Of a stretch of DNA of 64,000 bases, positions 40,301 through 46,904 are shown piece by piece. This stretch comes from Salibacteraceae bacterium (GTDB lineage Bacteria > Bacteroidota > Bacteroidia > Flavobacteriales_D > Crocinitomicaceae): contig JBLHVW010000003.1 of NCBI GenBank assembly GCA_047628775.1, forward strand, positions 2,624 through 66,623, read 5' to 3'. Each line of letters opens with the position of its first letter. Position 1 is the stretch's first letter. A program made the position numbers and the translations under genes. The notes under the pieces are model-generated. The model was not told the origin of the DNA. It searched no databases and saw nothing but the letters and a program-made list of their open reading frames with translations.

Positions 40301-40628
40301 TAGCATCAGTTGTTATTGAGTATACAAAGTCATCTTGTGTACTCCCGAATGATTTTGCCCAAAGTAAGTTTCCATTTGGATCGAGTTTTTGAATAAACAT
40401 ATCAGACCCACCATTTGATGTTAGGTTGGTTGTTCCAGCACTAGGGTCAAAATCAACAGTAGCAAGGAATCTTCCAGCGCTATAGACATTACCGTTGATG
40501 TCTGCAGTTACAGAATGCGCAAAGTCATCTCCAGTATTCCCAAATGTTTTCGCCCATTCCATATTCTGGGCATTTGATTCGAGTGCTAATAGCGTAATTG
40601 CGATGGTAGCAAGTACAATTTTTTTCAT
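37335..40628 (-). CDS. SBBP beta-propeller repeat + tandem Ig-like Cys repeat protein with T9SS type A sorting domain
   Basis: Eight or more repeats of the type GNVYTTGYF.GT.DFDPGAGT.N..SNG..D.F.QKLD.NGNLLWAK.FGG. Four repeats of about 90 aa follow (TDEADNC...CPETITRTYSITD.CGN). Then the YQWVDCDDN...NGNYAVEVT module and the tail LFPNPSFSILTI...GTYTAVIFTS. Confidence 0.85.
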   Translation of the reverse strand: MKKIVLATIAITLLALESNAQNMEWAKTFGNTGDDFAHSVTADINGNVYSAGRFLATVDFDPSAGTTNLTSNGGSDMFIQKLDPNGNLLWAKSFGSTQDDFVYSITTDATGNVYTTGYFWGTTDFDPNAGITNLTVAGGCDVFIQKLDPNGNLLWAKGFGGSAWDFGQSVSIDANGNVITTGYFSGTADFDPGAGILNYSSNGSSDVFVQKLDSNGDLLWAKVFGGGNDERGEVTRADLNGNVYTTGFFIGSVDFDPGAGTSVLNSNGAHDVYIQKLDPNGNFLWAKSFGGTGVDIAYGLEINQTGDIYTTGFFLSTVDFDPGAGTLNYTSNGSSDIFVQKLDQNGNMLWTKVMGGGVDDEGRSLSLDLAGNVYTTGRFQSTVDFDPNAGTSNLITNGSTDVYIQKLDSNGDLVWARNFGGTDFDFGRSISVDINDNIYALGDFAGTADFDPNVGTFNVTSNGLNDIFLEKITQCVPTLNPVVPSNGSSTVNCITDAVQSASPNVTDECGTTIVPVINVGANPACLGDKIYTYTYTDYIGNSSVYTYTYTIDDNINPTGSNPVAINVECASDIPAQDVLVVTDEVDNCSIPVVAFVSDLSDGGSCPETITRTYSITDACGNSITVEQTITVSDVTLPTASVPGGIVVELISDVPVPDPLVILNEADNCTVTPIVGWVGDVSDGSSCPETITRTYSVTDDCGNQITVTQTIVVSDVTSPTASNPNTVNVECSSDVPAPDPIVVTDEADNGNTPIVVWVSDVSNGGVCPEIITRTFSITDDCGNQILVDQTINILDVTPPTASNPATENVECSGDIPAQDILIITDEADNCSSPTVAFVSDVSDGLSNPETITRTYSITDNCGNSINVIQLIVVQDITAPLLDGPCVPGITAVCEVASLTPPTATDNCSGVVTISNDATYPITAATTIIWTLEDAAGNTITHSQMVTITTVDATIVMVNNGIVATNSDADSYQWVDCDDNHSPIAGEIGQSFAPTVNGNYAVEVTVGNCTETSVCESINTIGIDENNLTSLKLFPNPSFSILTIETEQTLEKVAIYDLTGVLVDVHYASSFSVEYLATGTYTAVIFTSKGTVRKRFVKQ

Positions 40629-40689
40629 AATCAGTTCTTTCTTTACTATTTAGTACGACAATAGTACGCTTTAGTCATTTCTGATTTTG

Positions 40690-40772
40690 ACACACTTTGT
40701 GAACTGCAAATTGAGTTAGTGAACGGTATTTCGACAAGCTCAATGGCCTATGATTTGATCATGATTGAAAGT
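40690..40772 (-). repeat. conserved upstream element, copy 3 (before the SBBP gene)
   Basis: ACACTTTGTGAACTGCAAATTGAGTTAGTGAACGGTATTTCGACAAGCTCAATGGCCTATGATTTGATCATG. An inverted partial copy (AGCCTGAGCTTGTCGAAGGC) lies at 40850-40871. Confidence 0.7.
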
Positions 40773-40871
40773 GACAAAAGACTGATTGACATAAGACTTT
40801 TTTAAACTAGCTCGAAACAAGAGTAGCCTGAGTTAGCATCTGGAACAAAAGTAGCCTGAGCTTGTCGAAGG

Positions 40872-41881
40872 CTAGAATTGGTCCATATACGGCATTGTAA
40901 TAACAACTTTAGTTCCCATTGAAACTTCGTTTTCAAACAAATCGTGAATTACATAACCGACTTGTTTACCATGCTGCTCTTGAAGAATTGACAGGCGCTT
41001 ATTGATAGCGTCCAAAGCAAAGGATTCGTGGAGGTTTCCTTGTCGTCCTTGAATTTTTTGTTTTTCTAAACGCTCCGTATTTCCATGTGCCATTCTTCGA
41101 ATCTGAATCAAGTATAGGAGAAAAATAAGTGCTCCAAAGCCAATTCCCACCAAAAGACAGAACCACTCTCTTATCAAGAATGGAAGTATGATTTCAAACC
41201 GATATCGTTTGATTTCACTGTACGAATTTCGGTACTTTACTTTTACTTCAAAAGTGTATTTCCCTGGCGGGAGGCACTTAAATTGGATGAGGTCTGAAGT
41301 TGAAGGAATAGCCCTCCATTCATTTTCAAATCCAACCATTCGATACAGAATAGTTGTTTCGGATTCGTACTCAATTCCTCTGAAAGCAACAAAAAATGAA
41401 AACTCATTCTGATCGTAAGAGAATTTCTGGAAAGCATCATTTTCTACGATTCTATCTGGAAATACTATGGAGTCAATGTAAACGTTCAAGTTTGGTTTTT
41501 TTTGAGGTAGATTGTCTAGATCTAAAGACAACGGCTGTCCATCAGAAATCATCCATAACTTGTCGGAACTAAGTGCAAAATCACTTAAAGAACCATCTAT
41601 AATTCCTTCAGCAGTTCCTGGTGAATACTTACGGTCATCAACAAATTGATTTGCTCTTCTTCTGTTTGACAAATAGAGTAAACATCAGTATTGGATAACT
41701 CCTTTTCTCCAATAACAAAATAGGTTGGTTCTTGAGAGTATACCTTGAGAGGGTATGTACTAACAAGAATAAATAGTATAAGATATGTTATTCGTTTGGC
41801 CAAATTGACTTTTACAATTTTTCGATAAATCAATGGAATAGAATGCTTAGTAGGTAGATCAAACTTGAAGTTAACTTTCAT
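40872..41881 (-). pseudogene. collapsed sensor histidine kinase (Y_Y_Y domain + TM retained; propeller and most of the kinase core deleted; frameshifted)
   Basis: ORFs 41597..41881 and 40872..41672 overlap in different frames. The Y_Y_Y-like segment is FSYDQNEFSFFVAFRGIEYESETTILYRMVGFENEWRAI...PGKYTFEVKVKY, followed by a TM segment. Only about 75 aa follow it, ending GTKVVITMPY (end of an ATPase domain), where about 230 aa are expected. Confidence 0.7.
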
Positions 41882-41960
41882 AAAATGAAAAATCTATACA
41901 ATGCATGTTCAACGAATGAAAAACAAACTGGTTACACACTATAATAATTCATATTATAAT

Positions 41961-42257
41961 AACTACGCAATCGTAGAAGACAATTTTTTGATCGGGATGG
42001 GGTCTATCGTGATGGATGTTTGCTACATCGAATCAGGAAGCATCATTGCAGCTGGAGCTGTTCTTTTAGAAGGAGAAGGCGTGCAACGACTGAAAAACAA
42101 ACGTTAGTGCAGCTTGTTACAGCTGGATATATTTACCTTCGGTGCTACTTCGTGGTGAGGGGGTGTTCCTGCGAAGAAAATCAAGGACATTTCTCCAGAA
42201 TTGTTTCACTTCGTGGCTGCTTCGCGGTGAAGGTGAAGTATTCGGGTTGATTTAAAG
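41961..42257 (+). pseudogene. displaced/degenerate copy of the 3' end of the gamma-CA-like gene (copy 2)
   Basis: Encodes (I)VEDNFLIGMGSIVMDVCYIESGSIIAAGAVLLEG, then VPAKKIKDISPELF and EGEV..YSG segments. These are colinear with 29023-29265 but interrupted by inserts of about 85 nt and 24 nt and a 29-nt deletion. Confidence 0.8.
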
Positions 42258-42260
42258 ATT

Positions 42261-42296
42261 AAAAAAGGTAATTCTCAGTAAGACTCACCTTTTTTA
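42261..42296. terminator. possible bidirectional terminator hairpin
   Basis: AAAAAAGGT-17 nt-ACCTTTTTT immediately downstream of the minus-strand 296-aa ORF. The stem is mostly A:T. Confidence 0.4.
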
Positions 42297-42314
42297 ATCG
42301 ATTTTCATCAAACC

Positions 42315-43205
42315 TTAATTAAGACTAATGGTTCCAAGTGTGAATGAATAACACGTATTTCCAGACGAATCTCTACAATCAGATTTTGCGGTTAGAATTA
42401 TACCATTAGCCTCAAATGAATAGAACTTAAATAATCGATCGAATTTTTCACCTTTATCGAAACCATTCGTCAATATCTGGCGTTTTAGAACTTCACCATT
42501 TTCATCAATAACCAAATGAACTGGAGACTCATCTGCCGTAGGTACAGCATTAGAATAACTAACAAAACTGCCCTCTTTAGAATATCTAGAGTCAGCATCA
42601 TTTAGAAATATATTCAATGCACCATCTGCATCTATACCCGTTGCTACAATCGAAGAAGCATGCAAACAATTAGTTCTAACAATTTCTCCATTTGCATCAA
42701 TGAATGTCAATAACAAAACACTAATTGCATTAACTTTCATTTCATTGATTGAAATATATCCTCCATTTAAAAGCTTGTGATCTTGAGTAAAGTTGACGTT
42801 AAAATTCATTTTAATAACACCCTCTTTCTTTTCCTTAATTCTATTTTCAAAATTACTTATGTTATTGCTATTGTTCCCAGCGTATAAATCTGAATAAGGA
42901 ATTTTCACATGACTCTTTTCAATCAGTTCACCGTCTTTCACTTCTAATATGGAAACTATAATTCCTCCATTAGCAAGAATACGGAGCACCTTCAGTCGAA
43001 TACCATTTTCGTCTTCAATAACTGTACTTCCATCAATGACTCCTCCATTTTCAAACTCGAAAGACATTTTCTGTTTTCCGGACTCGTTGTGGAGCTCAAA
43101 AGTAATTTCTCCAGATCGTAAATTGTGGTCGTTCTTGTTGCCTTTATCAAGAGGTGTAGAAAGCATATAAAAGCTCCCTTCTCGAGTAATCCCATAGCCT
43201 AACAT
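42315..43205 (-). CDS. hypothetical protein
   Basis: 296-aa ORF, no signal peptide, no recognised family. Its 5' end overlaps the upstream ORF by 59 nt, so a frameshifted fusion with 43147..43560 is possible. Confidence 0.55.
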   Translation of the reverse strand: MLGYGITREGSFYMLSTPLDKGNKNDHNLRSGEITFELHNESGKQKMSFEFENGGVIDGSTVIEDENGIRLKVLRILANGGIIVSILEVKDGELIEKSHVKIPYSDLYAGNNSNNISNFENRIKEKKEGVIKMNFNVNFTQDHKLLNGGYISINEMKVNAISVLLLTFIDANGEIVRTNCLHASSIVATGIDADGALNIFLNDADSRYSKEGSFVSYSNAVPTADESPVHLVIDENGEVLKRQILTNGFDKGEKFDRLFKFYSFEANGIILTAKSDCRDSSGNTCYSFTLGTISLN

Positions 43206-43560
43206 AGGCTTTATAATCAGCCTCGATGTTATCCTGGTTAACTTTTAAAACATTATCTAGATTTTCCTTATCAAAGACATAAGCCTTCATTGCAAAAGGT
43301 TCTTCAGAATCATAGCTCCATGACATATCAACAAAAGAGAAGTATTTATTGTTCTCTTCTCCTAAAGAGTAATTATACAACTCTTTCTCTCCTTCTAGGA
43401 TGGTTTCTTTCTCCCCTGTAAATTCAAGATTCACCTTGTCTCTGCCAGTTAGAATCAGATCTTTACCTGATTTCGATTTTCCAACACAATATAATTTACC
43501 ATCTATAAGAACAGGAATCAGTCCATTCAACTGATCAACTGTAATTAATTTCTTTTTCAT
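43147..43560 (-). CDS. hypothetical protein
   Basis: 137-aa ORF. Its start overlaps the stop of the upstream 83-aa ORF (TAATG). Confidence 0.5.
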   Translation of the reverse strand: MKKKLITVDQLNGLIPVLIDGKLYCVGKSKSGKDLILTGRDKVNLEFTGEKETILEGEKELYNYSLGEENNKYFSFVDMSWSYDSEEPFAMKAYVFDKENLDNVLKVNQDNIEADYKAYVRLWDYSRRELLYAFYTS

Positions 43561-43811
43561 TAAGCCCTTACCTTTGTAGATGTAATTTGTCCATTCACCG
43601 TATCTAAATAGTGCATTTTCAAATTCATTCCCCCTGAAGCGGGTCTTCTTAATGTCATAAGCCCATTTTCTCCGAATTGGCTCTGTTGATATGCCGTTCC
43701 TTTAATCTCCCCATCCTCTTGAGGTGTAAATTTTATATCTTGAGCCGTTGAAGTTTTCGTGGCGCACACTACTAACAAACTAGCTATTATAACTTTACAT
43801 AAACCTTTCAT
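43560..43811 (-). CDS. small secreted hypothetical protein
   Basis: 83 aa with signal peptide MKGLCKVIIASLLVVCATKTSTAQ. Confidence 0.5.
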   Translation of the reverse strand: MKGLCKVIIASLLVVCATKTSTAQDIKFTPQEDGEIKGTAYQQSQFGENGLMTLRRPASGGMNLKMHYLDTVNGQITSTKVRA

Positions 43812-43910
43812 TCTTCGGAGAAATTAGTGGATTATTCTGTGTCCAAATCTAGTGAATAATATGATTCAAGTGCGACTTAAGTGGCTATTCCAGAAACAAC
43901 AAAGCCATAT

Positions 43911-44238
43911 CTACGCAACGGTTGAAGTCCAAGTGTTGATCGGAATGGGAGCAATCGTGATCGATATCTGTTATATCGAATCAGGTTCAATCATTGCGGC
44001 CGGAGCTGTTCTTTTGGAAGAAGAGGGCTTGCAACGACTGAAAAACAAACGTTAGTGAAGCTTGTTACAGCTGATATATTTACCTTCAGCGCTACTTCGT
44101 GGTGAGGGGGGGGGGAGTTCCTGCAAAGAAAGTCAAGGACATTTCTCCAGAATTGTTTCACTTCGTGGCTGCTTCGCGGTAAAGGTGAAGTGATGCGAAT
44201 TGCGAATAATTACGTGAAGTATTCGGGTTGATCTAAAA
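43911..44238 (+). pseudogene. displaced/degenerate copy of the 3' end of the gamma-CA-like gene (copy 3)
   Basis: Encodes VEVQVLIGMGAIVIDICYIESGSIIAAGAVLLEE, the same 85-nt and 24-nt inserts as copy 2, and VPAKKVKDISPELF. It retains GEVMRIANNYVKYSG. A G10 run lies at 44106-44115. Confidence 0.8.
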
Positions 44239-44905
44239 GGGAGTAAATCGATTATTAGCTTATTGGATATTTCGAAGATTCATTTAAACGCGCGTGCCCA
44301 ATGACCTAGCTGTTCTACTCTGACTAATACAATGGATGTCCATTTCAAAAAAAGCAAAGCATTATTGCATACCAATTTAGACTTCGTGACAGCAATCCTA
44401 GTTGAAAACTAATTCTCCATTTTGTTCTCAGCGAATTGACAAGATCTCTTTTGGAGAATTAGGAACTACCTTAAGAAAATTGCAATTGAATGATTTGTAT
44501 TCAGTAGATCCATAACAACCGAGTCTGTCTATTTTTTTTCCTCTGGTCCATAATGAGCGAAGCTCAAGGTATTAAGAATACGTAACACAATGAACTAAAC
44601 TCTGAGCGTATGATAAATTTATCATAATGGCTAAAATCAATCTAAAATCATTTGACGAAAGTACTCGATCAAAAAATTGTGATAATATATGCCAAAAAGA
44701 TGTAATTAACATTGAATAGCCTCATGATATTAATGAATTATTCATTAGAAGCTTAAACTTTGTATTAAATCAAAATTCAATAAATGAGACCCTTTAAATT
44801 ATTGGTACTAGTAGTGATTTTTCTATTCAAAAAACAACCATTGTCAATCTCCACAAGTAATTAGCTTCCAAACAGGTGTCAGGTAGATTACTGTTTAATT
44901 CGTTA

Positions 44906-46813
44906 TTAATCAATTACGTTAAACTTCTCAATAATAGTTTCGGAAGCTAAAGTCACTGCAAGAATATACATACCATTAAATTTACGACCCAATGCTATTT
45001 TTGACTCATAATTTTCTGAATAGTAGACACGCTCTCCAATTAAGTTATAGACAGAAGTTGAGATAATTTCGTCCTTATCGCCTGAAAATGATATGTTTAA
45101 AGTTTCAACACAAGGATTGGGATATATTGACACTTCGCTTTCGTTTCGTTGGCAGATATCCTGAGAAATAGCAGTATAGTCTTTAATTGCACCATTAATA
45201 TCTCTTTGTTGCAATTTATAATAGGTTAAACTATTATATGGTTCATTATCAGTAAAAGAATATTTATTTATTGACGTAGAATTACCGGCACCGTTAATTC
45301 GGGCTATATCTTCCCATTCATTCCCGTCTTTGGTTCTATATATTGAGAAATAATCATTATTAATTTCTGTTGCAGTACTCCATTCCAATTCAACACCTTG
45401 ACCACTGCATTTAGCTGTAAACGATGTCAATTCTACTGGTAAGGGTGTACTTGGACATAAGTTTGGAATTACGCAAATAGTAGCGCTATTAGTGACTGAT
45501 AGCGAGTAAGAAATAGCTCCAGTTGTAGAAAAAAGTCTGCCCTCCAAAGTACTTAAAGCATCAATAAACACAGCCCCATTATTTGAAATAAAAGTGCCTT
45601 TAACATCAGATCCTGTAGCAATTGAAATTGCGCCTTCGACCACAAAGAAAACATTACATGAAGCGGCATCATTTATGAGGACTATATTACTGAATACTGC
45701 GGTAGAAAAAGCCCCACTACACCTAATTATAAATACGGCGCTAGGGTTAGCTTGAGCATCCAAAGTAAGAGTGCCTAAGAGCGATGAAGCACCTGTTATA
45801 TAGGTAGCTCCTGGATACAATGTATCACCTCCTAATACAGGTGAATGAGTGTTCGTTATTGGAATAGATATTAAAGAAGTATAAAGAGCCAATAAATCAG
45901 CACTTGCTTGAGCTGTAACTGCATTAGCATTATGCTCAAGGCCTATTAAAGTTGCGACTCCAAACCCTGAAACAGCGCCAACGTTAGATCCAACATTTCC
46001 TGTGATATTAGATGCTCCAGCATTACTAAGAGCTCCATTACTTGTAAAAAGAGCAAAATAATTTGTAGAGCCAAAATCAGGATTGCAAATCTCTGGAGGG
46101 GGAGGAACTGAAATCGTTGAACTTGTGCAATTAGATAGGTAAAATACTGAAGAATTATTAATCGAAATTGCTCCTGAAGTTGTAAGTAAGTGTCCTTCAA
46201 AATTAACATTAGCCGCAATGGCAATAGCAGCGTTATTCACAATGATAGTACCTTTAACTGTAGATGCGGCAGCAATAGTTGCCGCTCCTTCTGATATCCA
46301 GTAGACATTACAAGGACGTGCATCGTTTATTAAAATAAGATTAGCAGCTGCACCTACAACAAAAGCACCTGTGAACTTAAAAATAAATACTGCATTAGTA
46401 TCTCCTTGGCCATCTAGCGTAAGATTCCCCCCAAAAGACCCTGCACCTGCTATACCATAGACTCCATTGGTTAGAGTTTCACCTGCCCCAAAAGCAGCTG
46501 GATGCGACCCTACTGTTACGGGCACACTAACTAGCTGATTATAAGCAATACCAACATCTACAGCAGCCTGTTCTGTTATTGAATCAATAGTATAAACGGA
46601 ACCAATAATCGTAGATGTTGCAAACCCAAGAGTATCTCCCAGATCAGAACCTAGATCACCGGTTAAAGTTGAACTGCCCGTGCAAGAAACCCCTCCATTT
46701 CCTGTAAATAGAATAAAATTTTCTGCGGTACCTAGACTAAATGTTTGTCCTAGAGATATATTTGGGGAAATTAATGCAAAGGCTATTAGGAGGTATTGTA
46801 TTTTTTTATTCAT
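44906..46813 (-). CDS. two-domain DUF3494 ice-binding family protein with T9SS type A sorting domain
   Basis: Signal peptide, then two modules of about 200 aa. Module 1: LGTAENFILFTG...LTGDLGS...LTNGVYGIAGAGSFGGNLTLDGQGDTNAVFIFKFTGAFVVGAAANLILINDARPCNVYWISEGA...GHLLTTSGAIS. Module 2: NYFALFTSNGA...GNVGS...LTLDAQANPSAVFIIRCSGAFST...ASCNVFFVVEGA...GRLFSTTGAIS. Then the LEWSTATEINNDYFSIYRT module and the tail IYPNPCVETLNI. Confidence 0.85.
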   Translation of the reverse strand: MNKKIQYLLIAFALISPNISLGQTFSLGTAENFILFTGNGGVSCTGSSTLTGDLGSDLGDTLGFATSTIIGSVYTIDSITEQAAVDVGIAYNQLVSVPVTVGSHPAAFGAGETLTNGVYGIAGAGSFGGNLTLDGQGDTNAVFIFKFTGAFVVGAAANLILINDARPCNVYWISEGAATIAAASTVKGTIIVNNAAIAIAANVNFEGHLLTTSGAISINNSSVFYLSNCTSSTISVPPPPEICNPDFGSTNYFALFTSNGALSNAGASNITGNVGSNVGAVSGFGVATLIGLEHNANAVTAQASADLLALYTSLISIPITNTHSPVLGGDTLYPGATYITGASSLLGTLTLDAQANPSAVFIIRCSGAFSTAVFSNIVLINDAASCNVFFVVEGAISIATGSDVKGTFISNNGAVFIDALSTLEGRLFSTTGAISYSLSVTNSATICVIPNLCPSTPLPVELTSFTAKCSGQGVELEWSTATEINNDYFSIYRTKDGNEWEDIARINGAGNSTSINKYSFTDNEPYNSLTYYKLQQRDINGAIKDYTAISQDICQRNESEVSIYPNPCVETLNISFSGDKDEIISTSVYNLIGERVYYSENYESKIALGRKFNGMYILAVTLASETIIEKFNVID

Positions 46814-46904
46814 CAGTTAATTATTAGATAAATATAATTTTTCGAAACGAAGCTGAACCATTAGTTTTTACGTTTGCAATTTCCTTTCGTGTTTTGTGAA
46901 TTGC

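Noticed and set aside
44106-44115. G10 homopolymer as a phase-variation switch
   Set aside because: It lies inside the degenerate gamma-CA 3'-end copy, not in or upstream of an intact gene. The equivalent site in copy 2 has G5, so it is more likely neutral slippage in dead sequence.
44240-44905. 660-bp AT-rich gap downstream of the ice-binding gene, containing a 26-codon ORF (MRPFKLLVLVVIFLFKKQPLSISTSN)
   Set aside because: The ORF is too short and unsupported. I could see no repeats, RNA-like structure or homology by eye, so the gap is left unannotated.
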